Below, in pieces: positions 18,624 through 28,936 of a DNA stretch of 64,000 bases. Source of the stretch: an uncultured Desulfobacter sp. (lineage in GTDB: Bacteria > Desulfobacterota > Desulfobacteria > Desulfobacterales > Desulfobacteraceae); contig OY762069.1 in assembly GCA_963665095.1 (NCBI GenBank), positions 4,192,001-4,256,000 on the forward strand. The letters are read 5' to 3'. The stretch's first letter is position 1. The number at the start of each line of letters is the position of its first letter. Position numbers and translations under genes: made by a program. The notes below the pieces were generated by a model. That model made no database searches and was not told where the DNA came from. It saw only the letters and a list, made by a program, of their open reading frames with translations.

Positions 18624-20858
18624 AGCCTCTTTAACAGCCGATGCGATATCTATAAGGGAATAGGGCTTTGCCACAACCTTTCTGACGCCGAGTTCTTCAG
18701 CCCTGCGGATACGTGCCGTCTGGGAAAAGCCGGAGACAATAACAGCTTTCTGTGCCGGATGACGGGCTATAATTCTCTCATAGGTTTCAAGCCCGTCAAT
18801 ACCCGGCTCCATGATCATGTCCAGCACTACCAGATCCACGCTGTGTGTTTCCATGTATGCTACGGCTTTTTCGCCGCTTTCCACGGCAACAGGCTTATAC
18901 CCCAGCTTCAAAAATATGTTCACCGTAATATCACGTTGCTCTTTTTCATCATCAACAATGAGCAGGGCCTGGCCCTGACCCCGGAATCTATCTATGGACT
19001 CGGCCTTCTTTTCAGGCATCAGCTCCTGGTCAGTTACCGGGAAATAAAGGTCAAAGGTTGTTCCCTTTCCCACGGCAGAAGAGAGATCAATGTAGCCGTT
19101 ATGATCCTTTACAGTTCCCCAGACTACGGACATGCCCAGACCTGTGCCGCTCCGTCCCATAACTTTCTTGGTAAAAAAGGGCTCAAAAATTTTTTCCCGG
19201 TCCTCTTTCACCATACCCACACCTGTGTCCGAAATACTCAGGCAGATATAGTCCCCTTCATTGACCTTTTCATAACTGCCCACCGGTCTGTCCACATAAA
19301 CACTTTTTGTGGTAATGGAAATACGTCCCCCTTCTGGTATGGCCTCGGCAGCATTGGTTACCAGATTCATAACGGTTTTTGACAGATGAAGGGGAGATCC
19401 CAATATATTGGGCAGATTTCCACCCAGACGGCTGGTTACCGTAACTCCTTCATGACAGGAAATCATCTTGAGATGCTCAGGGCTTTGCAGGTAGTCACGG
19501 ATGATCGCATTCAGGCAGATTACTTCATTGACCATGACCCCCCTTCTTGCCAGGGTCAACAGGTCCTGTACAACAGCGGAGGCCTTCCTGCCGGACTCTT
19601 TTATGGTTTCAACAGGTTCTCTTAATTCACTGTCTTCGGGCAGCTGCATGAGCAGAAGATCCGGATAGCTGACAATACCGGTAAGAATATTGTTCAGATC
19701 ATGGGCCACTCTGCCGGCGAGCAACCCGATGGCCTCCATTTTCCTGACCCGCTGAATCTGTGCCTCAAGGGAAATCCGGGCGGCCTCCTGACGCTTTCGG
19801 TTCTCAATCTCCGCTTCAAGAAGCTCATTTTTAAGCGCAATATCCTTCTCCCGTTTGCCGGACTCCTCAACGCGGGCCTGGAGGACGAGATTCTGGGTCA
19901 AAGCAAACATGATGACACCGGCAGCCCCAAGCAGAAGAATAAAAATAAACACCATTGTCAGTCCCTGTAAAAGTGGCGACTGATTTCCAATAATGACCTT
20001 TTTGGAAGCAACCTCCTTCAGGGTTAATTTCGTATCCCCCACAGGGCAGGAAAAACCCAAAACAGGCTCCGAGTGATTAAAAAAAGAATGCCATTTCTGA
20101 AAAAGCATTTCCGGGAAAAAGGTCTGATCTTTTAAAGGAAGCTGATCACCCTCAAATTTCTGATCATCGCCAATCCATTGATTTTTGGGAACAAAAATCC
20201 CCGTGAAGCGCGCCCCTCTGCCCGGCTTCAGGAAGTGCTCCTGAAGCAGCCGCCTGGAAAACACCGCAACGGCCTGAATACTATGACCCTTGACTGTGTA
20301 ATATTTGGTAAAATAAAGCATTGTGCGGCCAAGATCCTGGTTCCGGTCTGCGGCCTGGTAAATGTAAAACCCTTCAGGCTGCTGAAAAAGGTTTTTATGC
20401 CATAACGGCTCATCAGGCAGTGCTGACGCAGCCACCTCACTTTTGACCATCAGTTTACCCCGGGCGTTATAAAATGCAATGCCGTCAAAAATCAGGCTGC
20501 CCCGGAATAGAATGCTGTTATAAAATTCATCCAGTTCCAGTTGCAGTCCCAACAAGATTGATTTCAGGCCGTATTCCATGGACATGCCCATGGCCTGGCT
20601 TTCAAAATAAAGCTGCAGTTTTCCCCAGTTAGTTGCCGAAGACTTAAGAAGCCGACTCTGGGTATCCAGGAAATAGGCCAGATCCATGCCGCGCGACTGA
20701 AGTTCGTATTCGTACTGTTTTAACGCCCCTTGCTTTAATTTTACCTGGGACTGATAGTTGGCAAAAAGAAGAGCCCCTACAAACCCGATCAGGATAAAAG
20801 TGATACTAAAGACCCCGATCAGTTCCTTTATAAACGAAAAAAACACAGGCCTGCGCAT
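18582..20858 (-). CDS. Hybrid sensor histidine kinase (periplasmic sensor, HisKA, HATPase, REC)
   Basis: Two TM segments, AHDLNNILT, EPFFTKK..GTGLG and a REC domain with DD..D..K. Confidence 0.95.
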   Translation of the reverse strand: MRRPVFFSFIKELIGVFSITFILIGFVGALLFANYQSQVKLKQGALKQYEYELQSRGMDLAYFLDTQSRLLKSSATNWGKLQLYFESQAMGMSMEYGLKSILLGLQLELDEFYNSILFRGSLIFDGIAFYNARGKLMVKSEVAASALPDEPLWHKNLFQQPEGFYIYQAADRNQDLGRTMLYFTKYYTVKGHSIQAVAVFSRRLLQEHFLKPGRGARFTGIFVPKNQWIGDDQKFEGDQLPLKDQTFFPEMLFQKWHSFFNHSEPVLGFSCPVGDTKLTLKEVASKKVIIGNQSPLLQGLTMVFIFILLLGAAGVIMFALTQNLVLQARVEESGKREKDIALKNELLEAEIENRKRQEAARISLEAQIQRVRKMEAIGLLAGRVAHDLNNILTGIVSYPDLLLMQLPEDSELREPVETIKESGRKASAVVQDLLTLARRGVMVNEVICLNAIIRDYLQSPEHLKMISCHEGVTVTSRLGGNLPNILGSPLHLSKTVMNLVTNAAEAIPEGGRISITTKSVYVDRPVGSYEKVNEGDYICLSISDTGVGMVKEDREKIFEPFFTKKVMGRSGTGLGMSVVWGTVKDHNGYIDLSSAVGKGTTFDLYFPVTDQELMPEKKAESIDRFRGQGQALLIVDDEKEQRDITVNIFLKLGYKPVAVESGEKAVAYMETHSVDLVVLDMIMEPGIDGLETYERIIARHPAQKAVIVSGFSQTARIRRAEELGVRKVVAKPYSLIDIASAVKEALNSPADDFQSVQS

Positions 20859-20877
20859 AGGAGACGCCCCAAATAAA

Positions 20878-21774
20878 TTATTTCCATGTGCAGCATTTAA
20901 AGAAATCCGGAAAATAGGCGGTAATTCCCGGATAATAGTACCGAACCAGTTTCATATAAGCGCCGTTCTCTTGAATCCTTTTCAGGTACTGATCAAAAAG
21001 CCTGCGCAAATCCGGATCAGATTTGCGAAATCCGCACCCCATCTCCTGGAAGGCAGATACCGGACCGATTATTTTAAGCTGTCTGGGCCATTTCTCCATA
21101 GCAATCATGGCATCCGGAATGTCCATAAGGCTGCATTCCGCATCCTGATTGATGACAGCCGGGGCAAATTCAGACATTCTGCACTGGGGAACAACCCATT
21201 TTGCACCCGAGTCCTCAAACCCATAAAGGGCGGGGTCAAGACAGGAACCCGGCAGGGACAGCACACTAACCCCTTTAACTAGTGATTTTACGGTTTGAAT
21301 GTCTGATACCAGGCTGCCACCAGGCTGGATCGGCGTCAGGCGGGAACCGGCCTGGGCAATAAGCCAGATCCCGGTGGGGAACGTGGGCGCGGAAAAGTCC
21401 AGAAGCTCTTTTCGCCAAGGCAGAATAGTCATACCGTTGGCAATGACATCACCTTTTACCGGGCATGTTCCGGTCACGTTGACCCGGCCCTTTTCAAGCT
21501 GGAACTCTTTACCTGTCAGATCCCGGATAGCTCTTGGCCAGACGATCTCCACATATTCATAGCCAAGCCCGAGCTCTCTGGCAAACCCTTTAACCAATGC
21601 AACACTGAACCCGTCATCCGGGCCCATAACAAAACGTGCGTAAGGGACAGCAAGGTGACGGATAACCCCTCTTCCCCGTATCTCTTCCATATCTGCCAGC
21701 AGTGTCTGGGCCTGAAGAAAAATCAGGATTCCTGTCAGAAAAACAATCTTAATGCGCATTCTTAAATGCACCAT
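20878..21774 (-). CDS. Extracellular solute-binding protein family 3
   Basis: Signal-like hydrophobic N-terminus, ANGMTILPWRKELLDFS motif and LVRYYY end. Start is uncertain (21774 or 21759). Confidence 0.8.
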   Translation of the reverse strand: MVHLRMRIKIVFLTGILIFLQAQTLLADMEEIRGRGVIRHLAVPYARFVMGPDDGFSVALVKGFARELGLGYEYVEIVWPRAIRDLTGKEFQLEKGRVNVTGTCPVKGDVIANGMTILPWRKELLDFSAPTFPTGIWLIAQAGSRLTPIQPGGSLVSDIQTVKSLVKGVSVLSLPGSCLDPALYGFEDSGAKWVVPQCRMSEFAPAVINQDAECSLMDIPDAMIAMEKWPRQLKIIGPVSAFQEMGCGFRKSDPDLRRLFDQYLKRIQENGAYMKLVRYYYPGITAYFPDFFKCCTWK

Positions 21775-22202
21775 TTCCACACTCTCTTTAGGCCCTTCAA
21801 ACAGGTTTCCGAATAAATATTCTGCTTCACTGCAGACGAAACCACGGCTGAAAAACAAGGTATAAATACATGGCGGTTATAATGACATCCTCAAAGAGTC
21901 TCCATTTTTTTTAACCGATACATAAGACAGGTAGCTTCTGTTTGTCAAGCCAGGCATTTCCGATGCTTTCCGTGAATTATACAGTATTTGATCTTGACCG
22001 GCAGGATCAGTACATGCAATAAGTCTTATATAGTGTTTGAATGAAAACCCCGTGTTTGGTGTTTGGACGGTTCGAATACCATCAGTTATTACGGCAGTCA
22101 GGCCGATTCCACAAAAATTATAGCGTTCTTTTACTAACCCATGGAGTTAAACAAAACAAGCTGGTTTACGTATCTTAGGAAACCCACATCGAATCAGGCG
22201 CT

Positions 22203-23702
22203 ATGCAGGCAAAAAGTTATCATTTCATAACGCTGCAATTGCTAATGAAAACCACGATTCTTTTGTGGACAAGTCTCTTGCTGTCACTGGCAGTACCCTT
22301 TCCCGTCCGGTGCAATGACGCACCTTTTGTGAACCACACCGCCAAAAATTTAAGCAAAAAACCGATCCTTTTTGCCATGGACATTATTGGCTGCGATCAC
22401 TACAACCGGATACTGGACCTGGTTTACAGGGAGGCATTTTCAAGGCTTGGATACAGCTTTGCATACACCATGTACCCTTTGAAACGGTCCCTTGCCGGTG
22501 TGAATGCGGGCAAAGTGGACGGAGAGTGCGGCAGGTTTGAACTGAGTCCGGCCCAGATCAAAAAATATCCCAACCTGATGCAGGTGAATGAACCCGTATG
22601 GACTGCAAAGCTGAATGCATATTCCTTGCGCCCGGATTTCCAGGTGGACGGGTGGAGCAGCCTTGAAAAATACAAGAATGCAGTCATCGGATACATCGGG
22701 GGCGTACTCTATCTTGATCAGCTAAAAAGCAGATTCCCGGATTTTGACCTGCAGCTCTATCAAACTCTGGACACGGCCCAGGGCTTAAGGATGCTGGTCT
22801 CAAAACGGATTGATCTATTTCTGGGGTTTGAACGTCCCGTGCAAATCGCCCTTGAAAAAAAAGAGTTCAGCAATCTTCCCATTATCAATTCCGGGCCTGT
22901 TGAGAATTCCATGCCCCTTTTTCCATACCTGCATAAAAAACATGCCGGGCTTGTGTGCCCCCTGGCAGATACATTAAAGCAGATGAAAGAGGATGGATCT
23001 CTCGCTAAAATCATCCAGCAAGTTGAGCAGGAAATCGGTGGATTTCCAGGCCGGGAGATTACACTTTCCACTGGTTTTCAAGCGCCCCTGGATAAGCAGG
23101 AATCTTCCTTTTTTAACATGGCGTCTGATATCGTTATAAAAGCCTTTGCACAGAAAGGCTATCAGGTTTCCTTTTTTTACAAAACAAACAGGGAGGCCTA
23201 TGAAACGGCAAAAAAAGGGCAGGTGGACGGGACTGTGTTCTGGCAGAAAACCCTGGCGCGGGAAAAATATTTTTATATCAGCAAACCCGTCATATCAGCC
23301 GACATTGTCTTTTTCCATATGAAGCACACGCCCTTTGACTGGCACTCCCTGGAAGACCTTGCTCGATTTCGCGCCGGGATTATCCGCGGACTGCAATATG
23401 ACAGTAAATTTGATATGGCGGTTTTGTTGGGGAATCTGCCGGCTGAGACAGCGACGTCAGCCAAAGAAATATTTACCGACCTCCTATCAGGAAAGATAGA
23501 TTATGCCCCTACAATTCTGGAAAGCGGATATGCGGATTTAAATAAAATGTTTCCTCCTGAAGTCGCAGACCTTTTTACCCATCACCCAAAGCCCCTGGCC
23601 AGACCGAAGTTTCATCTGCTTTTATCAAGGCAGGATGAAAGAAACAAAATCATCCTTTCTGATTTTAACCAGGGTTTGTATCTGCTAAAGAAATCTGAAT
23701 AG
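22203..23702 (+). CDS. Tandem two-domain family 3 solute-binding-like protein
   Basis: Two repeats of the pattern EAF..GY....P..R....G.VDG / L....RID. Signal peptide present. The start may be 22245. Confidence 0.8.
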   Translation: MQAKSYHFITLQLLMKTTILLWTSLLLSLAVPFPVRCNDAPFVNHTAKNLSKKPILFAMDIIGCDHYNRILDLVYREAFSRLGYSFAYTMYPLKRSLAGVNAGKVDGECGRFELSPAQIKKYPNLMQVNEPVWTAKLNAYSLRPDFQVDGWSSLEKYKNAVIGYIGGVLYLDQLKSRFPDFDLQLYQTLDTAQGLRMLVSKRIDLFLGFERPVQIALEKKEFSNLPIINSGPVENSMPLFPYLHKKHAGLVCPLADTLKQMKEDGSLAKIIQQVEQEIGGFPGREITLSTGFQAPLDKQESSFFNMASDIVIKAFAQKGYQVSFFYKTNREAYETAKKGQVDGTVFWQKTLAREKYFYISKPVISADIVFFHMKHTPFDWHSLEDLARFRAGIIRGLQYDSKFDMAVLLGNLPAETATSAKEIFTDLLSGKIDYAPTILESGYADLNKMFPPEVADLFTHHPKPLARPKFHLLLSRQDERNKIILSDFNQGLYLLKKSE

Positions 23703-23739
23703 CTTTGGTCGAATTTAAATTGACAATTTAATTTTACTC

Positions 23740-23776
23740 TGACCCCAATTATTCAATTATTTGACCCCAATTATTC
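23740..23776. repeat. 15-bp direct repeat TGACCCCAATTATTC
   Basis: Copies at 23740-23754 and 23762-23776. The second copy overlaps the pyrE stop codon. Confidence 0.85.
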
Positions 23777-24439
23777 GGCACCGTAGGTTTCGAGATAGGC
23801 TTCAATGCGGGATTTCATATTGTTGTCCAGAATGATCCGGCCGTCCATGTCTCTGTTATGGAGGAAATCAATAATTTCCCTGATGGTGACAATGGCAAAA
23901 ATGGGGATGCCCAGGATGTCTGCCACCTCTTTCAGGGCATTTTTTTCAGTGTTGCCCTTTTCCTGACGGTTGACACTGATCACGATGCCGGTCACTTTGG
24001 GATTGCTGCATCCCTTTAAAATTTCCAAGGATTCTCGAATGGCCTTGCCGGATGTGATGACATCATCCACAAGGATCAGGCGGGTGTCGGAAGAAAGCGG
24101 CATGCCCACCACAGCACTTTTATCTGCATAGGTTTTGACTTCCTTGCGGTTGAACACGTATCCTTTATCAATACCCATATCAGCCAGGGCGGATGCTGCC
24201 GTGATGCACAGGGGAATACCCTTGTAGGCAGGGCCGTAAATTCCGTCAAAATCGTCTTTGAAATGGGCATGAACAGCCTTCGCATAAAAAGTGCCCAGCT
24301 TTTTTATTTTAGCGCCGGTGTCAAACATGCCGGTGTTAATAAAGTACGGGGCGATCCGCCCGCTTTTCAGCTCAAACTCTCCGAACTTCAGCGCATCACA
24401 CTGAACCAGAAACTCAATAAATTCCTCTTTGTAACTCAT
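23771..24439 (-). CDS. pyrE: Orotate phosphoribosyltransferase
   Basis: FGEFELKSGR, GPAYKGIP, FNRKE and VDDVITSG motifs. AGGAG RBS. Confidence 0.97.
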   Translation of the reverse strand: MSYKEEFIEFLVQCDALKFGEFELKSGRIAPYFINTGMFDTGAKIKKLGTFYAKAVHAHFKDDFDGIYGPAYKGIPLCITAASALADMGIDKGYVFNRKEVKTYADKSAVVGMPLSSDTRLILVDDVITSGKAIRESLEILKGCSNPKVTGIVISVNRQEKGNTEKNALKEVADILGIPIFAIVTIREIIDFLHNRDMDGRIILDNNMKSRIEAYLETYGAE

Positions 24440-24506
24440 TATATCTCCTTGCATATGTACAAAAATAGGGGCATGCGCACCTCTTCGAGCCGTCCAAACA
24501 CGATGT

Positions 24507-25358
24507 TCACTGGCAGCGCCAGGAGGCATATTCATTTAACGGTACGGGCTTTCCGGTTTTCAGCAGGGCGCGGGTATTAAAATCCGCCATGGTTCGCAAT
24601 GCAGCGGAGCCAAACACCGGCCCGTCCTTGCACACCACGGAACTGCCGCAGACACAGGCCCCGCACACCCCGAATCCGCACCTCATGTACCGCTCCAGGG
24701 AGACCTGGCAGGGAATGCCGCGGGCTTCGCAGATATCAAACACCTTTGCCATCATGATCTCCGGGCCGCAGGTATATACCATGTCCAGGCAGGACCTGTC
24801 ATCTTCTGTATTCTTGACCGGAATAAGATCGTTGATTCGCTCTTCCAGAATGTCGGTGACAACACCGTGATATCCGGCAGATCCGTCATCCGTGCAGACC
24901 TGGACCCGGGTGGTAAACCGATTTGGATAAAGAAGATAGGACTGGGACCGCGCACCCTGGATCAGCAGGATATCCGGATCGTCCTGTTTTTCCAGCTTCT
25001 CCACCAGGGGAGCCAGAGGCGCCATACCGCAGCCGCCGGCCACAATCGCCACCCGGCGGTGCCCGGTGCCGGTGTTGAATCCATTGCCAAAGGGGCCGCG
25101 AATTCCGATTTTATCCCCCGGCTCAAGGTTGACCGCCTTTTTTGAAAAAAGACCCTTGGCCTCAACGGTAATCCCAAAACGTTCAGGGCTATGGTGGGAA
25201 ACCGTATAGGGCTTTTCATCCACCCCGGGGATCCACACCATGACAAACTGGCCCGGCTTGAAAACCAGAGGCGCATCCACAAACAGTGTGGCAAATTCGG
25301 GGCTGTGGACCTCCTTGTCAGTAATTTTCAGCATGGCAGGCAAAAATTCGGTAATCAT
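24507..25358 (-). CDS. pyrK: Dihydroorotate dehydrogenase electron transfer subunit
   Basis: PGQF, RGPFGNGF, GGCGMAP and ERYMRCGFGVCGAC..VCKDGPVF motifs. Confidence 0.95.
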   Translation of the reverse strand: MITEFLPAMLKITDKEVHSPEFATLFVDAPLVFKPGQFVMVWIPGVDEKPYTVSHHSPERFGITVEAKGLFSKKAVNLEPGDKIGIRGPFGNGFNTGTGHRRVAIVAGGCGMAPLAPLVEKLEKQDDPDILLIQGARSQSYLLYPNRFTTRVQVCTDDGSAGYHGVVTDILEERINDLIPVKNTEDDRSCLDMVYTCGPEIMMAKVFDICEARGIPCQVSLERYMRCGFGVCGACVCGSSVVCKDGPVFGSAALRTMADFNTRALLKTGKPVPLNEYASWRCQ

Positions 25359-26263
25359 GCATCCTCCCTATGGGCCGCCCCCCGGATCTGGGCCAGGGTT
25401 GTCTCGTGGGCCGCCAGCCAGTCAGCCAGCTCTTTTTTCACTTTATTAAATACGGTAATGCCCCGGTATCGCACGGCTGTGCCCATGCCCACCAGGCTTG
25501 CGCCGGCCATGATCATCTCAACGGCATCTTTACCGGTTGACACACCGCCAAGTCCGATAATGGGAATGGATACGGATTTAAAGATATCATACACACATCG
25601 CACGGCCACAGGCTTGATCATGGGGCCGGAAAGCCCGCCTTTTTTGAAGGCGAGCACAGGGGTTTGGGCTTCAATGTCAATGACCATGCCGGGTCCTGCC
25701 GTGTTGATGGCACAGATGGCATCGGCACCCGCCTCCTCACAGGCTCTGGCAACCGCCCCGATATCAGACGCTGCCGGGGTGAGTTTGGCAATGACCGGCA
25801 CATTCACCACTTTTTTCACCGCAGCCACCACATCATGGGAAGATTGGGGATTCACCCCGAAGATCATCCCGTGTTTTTCGGAATTGGGGCAGGAGATGTT
25901 CAGTTCAATGAAATCCGGACCTTTGGCAGATACAAATTCAGCCACCCTGACAAATTCATCCACAGATCCGCCGTAAATACTTGCATTGAGAGGGAAAGGC
26001 CGGGCATCCAGTTCTTTCCACTCCTCTTCCATATTCAGGTATCCGGGTGTCGGCAACCCTACTGCGTTGATCATACCGTTGCCAAGGTCAATCACTGTTG
26101 GATTTTTATGCCCCTCCCGGGGTTCCGGTCCAATGGACTTCATGGTAGGCAGCCCGCATCCATTTTCCCAGACCCTCTCCAGAATGGCCTTGTTGTTGCC
26201 CAGCACCCCTGAAGCCAGAACCAGAGGCGTATGCAAAATCTTGTCTAAAAACCTGGTTTGCAT
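25355..26263 (-). CDS. pyrD: Dihydroorotate dehydrogenase family 1B catalytic subunit
   Basis: MINAVGL, ELNISCPN, KLTP, AINT and GGLSG motifs. Confidence 0.95.
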   Translation of the reverse strand: MQTRFLDKILHTPLVLASGVLGNNKAILERVWENGCGLPTMKSIGPEPREGHKNPTVIDLGNGMINAVGLPTPGYLNMEEEWKELDARPFPLNASIYGGSVDEFVRVAEFVSAKGPDFIELNISCPNSEKHGMIFGVNPQSSHDVVAAVKKVVNVPVIAKLTPAASDIGAVARACEEAGADAICAINTAGPGMVIDIEAQTPVLAFKKGGLSGPMIKPVAVRCVYDIFKSVSIPIIGLGGVSTGKDAVEMIMAGASLVGMGTAVRYRGITVFNKVKKELADWLAAHETTLAQIRGAAHREDA

Positions 26264-26421
26264 TTTATTTCCTTTTTATACATGCCTGTTCAGAAATAAG
26301 GATTTTTGATTAAATTCAAGGCGGAGGAAAATTTTAACCAGAGGAATACATGAAGTCTTTTGAGGATTAAAATTTTCATCCAACGCGGAAGTTGAGCAAA
26401 AAGGCTATTTCCGGACCGGCA

Positions 26422-27636
26422 TTAACTGAACTTGTCATAAAAAATCATATCATCCTCCACCCCCATATCATGCAGGGTGTTGATCACCGAGTCAATCATG
26501 GGCGGCGGACCGCAAAGATAATACTCAATCTCGGCGGGATCTTTATGGTCATTCAGGTAAAACTCGCACAGGTTGGTATTTATAAATCCGGTCATGCCTG
26601 TCCAGTTGTCCTCTGGTTCAGGGGCGGACAGGGCCACATGATATGAAAAATTGGGATATCTTTCATCCAGGTCTTTAAAATCTTCGTCATAGAACATCTC
26701 TTTTCTGGATCTGGCCCCGTACCAGAAGGTGATTTTCCGGCCGGAGTTGATCCCGTCCAGCTGATGGAGGATGTGGGACCGCAACGGCGCCATGCCGGCA
26801 CCGCCTCCGATAAAGCACATCTCCCGGTCTGTATCCCTGGCCATGAAATCGCCGTAGGGCCCAGATACGGAGACCCGGTCTCCGGGTTCAAGACCGAATA
26901 CATAGGAAGAACCAAATCCCGGCGGGATCCCTTCGGTGCCCGGCGGCGGCGTGGCAATGCGGACATTGAGCATCAGGATGTGTTTGTCATGGGGCGGATT
27001 GGCCAGGGAGTAGGCCCTGAAGCCTGGCGTGATCCCCCTGGCGGTAAGTTCCAGCAGTTTGTATTTTTTCCATTCACTGACATACTTGCTCTGGATATGA
27101 AAATCCTTGAAATTGAGATCGTATTCCGGCACATCGATCTGGATATAGGCACCGGCTTTGAAATCAAACGGCTCCACCGGGCGCAGCACCAGCTCCTTGA
27201 TAAATGTGGCTACATTGTCGTTTGAAATAACTTCAGCCGCCACCTTCTTGATGCCGAAAATAGACTCCGGCACCGCAATGGAGAGATCCTCCTTGACCTT
27301 GAGCTGGCAGGAGAGACGAATGCCTTCGGCTTTTTCCTTCCTGCTCAGATGGGACAGCTCTGTGGGCAGCACGGCACCGCCACCCTGTGTCACCTTGCAC
27401 CGGCACATACCGCAGGACCCGGAACCGCCGCAGGCCGAGGGCAGAAAAATATCGTTATCGGCCAGGGCGGACAGAAGCGTGGGGCTGCCGGACACTTTCA
27501 GGGCGTCATCTGTCTTGCCGTTAATGGTGATGGCATGTTCCCCCTGGGTGGTCACCCGGGCCTCCACAAACAGAAGCACGGCCACCAGAATACCAATAAC
27601 ACCGGTAAAAACCAGAACACTGATAAGGTAAATCAA
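26422..27636 (-). CDS. nqrF: Na+-translocating NADH:quinone reductase subunit F
   Basis: N-terminal TM, CGGSGSCGMC 2Fe-2S motif, RAYSLAN, GGGAGMAP and YYLCGPP. Confidence 0.96.
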   Translation of the reverse strand: MIYLISVLVFTGVIGILVAVLLFVEARVTTQGEHAITINGKTDDALKVSGSPTLLSALADNDIFLPSACGGSGSCGMCRCKVTQGGGAVLPTELSHLSRKEKAEGIRLSCQLKVKEDLSIAVPESIFGIKKVAAEVISNDNVATFIKELVLRPVEPFDFKAGAYIQIDVPEYDLNFKDFHIQSKYVSEWKKYKLLELTARGITPGFRAYSLANPPHDKHILMLNVRIATPPPGTEGIPPGFGSSYVFGLEPGDRVSVSGPYGDFMARDTDREMCFIGGGAGMAPLRSHILHQLDGINSGRKITFWYGARSRKEMFYDEDFKDLDERYPNFSYHVALSAPEPEDNWTGMTGFINTNLCEFYLNDHKDPAEIEYYLCGPPPMIDSVINTLHDMGVEDDMIFYDKFS

Positions 27637-27646
27637 GACCGCCTCC

Positions 27647-28255
27647 TTAAAGGGTGATGCCGGAAAACATCATAAAGGTCATGGCCATAAGCCCGGCTAT
27701 GATCATGGTAAATCCGAATCCCTGCAGCCCGGCCGGCACATCTGAATAGCGTGTTTTCTTCCGGATGGAGGCCATGGTCACAATGGCCAGCATCCAGCCC
27801 GTGCCCGACCCGGCCCCGAATACCATGGACTCCATCAGGGTGTAGTTGCGCTCCACCATGAAAAGGCTGGTTCCCAGAATGGCACAGTTCACCGCAATCA
27901 GCGGCAGGAACACACCCAGGGTGGCATACAGTTCAGGAGAGTACCGGTCAATGGCCATTTCCACCGCCTGGGTCATGGCGGCAATCACAGCAATAAAGGT
28001 GATATATTTCAAAAAGCTCAAGTCAAGGTCGGCAAGCCCCAGCCAGGAGAGCGCGCCCGGGGCCAGGAACCCGTGGTAAATCATCCAGTTGACGGGGCTT
28101 GTCACCGTGAGCACAAAAATAACAGCAAATCCGAGCCCTGCGGCGGTGTCCACATTCTTGGACACCGCAATAAAGGAACACATCCCCAGGAAGTAGGCCA
28201 GAAGGATGTTGCCGATAAATACCGAATTTATAAACAGACTGAAGAGGTCGCCCAT
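27647..28255 (-). CDS. nqrE: Na+-NQR subunit E
   Basis: [11 protein letters not shown] and [13 protein letters not shown] motifs. Confidence 0.95.
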   Translation of the reverse strand: MGDLFSLFINSVFIGNILLAYFLGMCSFIAVSKNVDTAAGLGFAVIFVLTVTSPVNWMIYHGFLAPGALSWLGLADLDLSFLKYITFIAVIAAMTQAVEMAIDRYSPELYATLGVFLPLIAVNCAILGTSLFMVERNYTLMESMVFGAGSGTGWMLAIVTMASIRKKTRYSDVPAGLQGFGFTMIIAGLMAMTFMMFSGITL

Positions 28256-28265
28256 GACAGCTCCT

Positions 28266-28898
28266 TTACTTTTTCTGGCTTGAAATGCCGGGCAAAGAGT
28301 TTTTCAGCCAGACCAGAAGCCCGATGACAAAAAAGGCCCCCGGGGCCAGCACCATAAGCCCCATGTTCTGGAATCCTGAATCATAAACAAACTGAGGAAT
28401 TATAGAAAAGCCTAAAATTTTTCCAGATCCCAGCAGTTCTCGCACAAAGGCCACCAGCACCAGAATCAACCCGTACCCAAGCCCGTTGGCAATCCCGTCC
28501 ATAAAAGAGTCAACAGGATCATGGCTCAAGGCATAAGCCTCAGCCCGGCCCAGTACAATGCAGTTGGTGATGATCAGCCCCACAAAAATGGAGAGCTGCT
28601 TGGATATGTCATAGAGATAGGCTTTCAGGATCTGGTCGGTGACAATAACCAGGGAGGAGATAATGGCCAGCTCCACGATGATCCGGATATTGGAGGGGAT
28701 GATCTTTCTCATGGAGGAGATAATCATGGAGGAGCAGGCCGTCACAATGGTGAGCGCCAGGGCCATGACAACGGCCGTGGACATCTTCACGGTCACGGCC
28801 AGGGCCGAGCATATCCCCAGGACCTGATAGGCCACCGGGTTTTCCGTCCAGATCCCTTTTTTCAGGATCTCATAATAGTCACTCTTTGATTTAAGCAT
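28266..28898 (-). CDS. nqrD: Na+-NQR subunit D
   Basis: [10 protein letters not shown] and [17 protein letters not shown] motifs. Confidence 0.95.
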   Translation of the reverse strand: MLKSKSDYYEILKKGIWTENPVAYQVLGICSALAVTVKMSTAVVMALALTIVTACSSMIISSMRKIIPSNIRIIVELAIISSLVIVTDQILKAYLYDISKQLSIFVGLIITNCIVLGRAEAYALSHDPVDSFMDGIANGLGYGLILVLVAFVRELLGSGKILGFSIIPQFVYDSGFQNMGLMVLAPGAFFVIGLLVWLKNSLPGISSQKK

Positions 28899-28936
28899 GA
28901 TGCACCTTTTGGTAGTGTTCAGACACTAAATAATTT

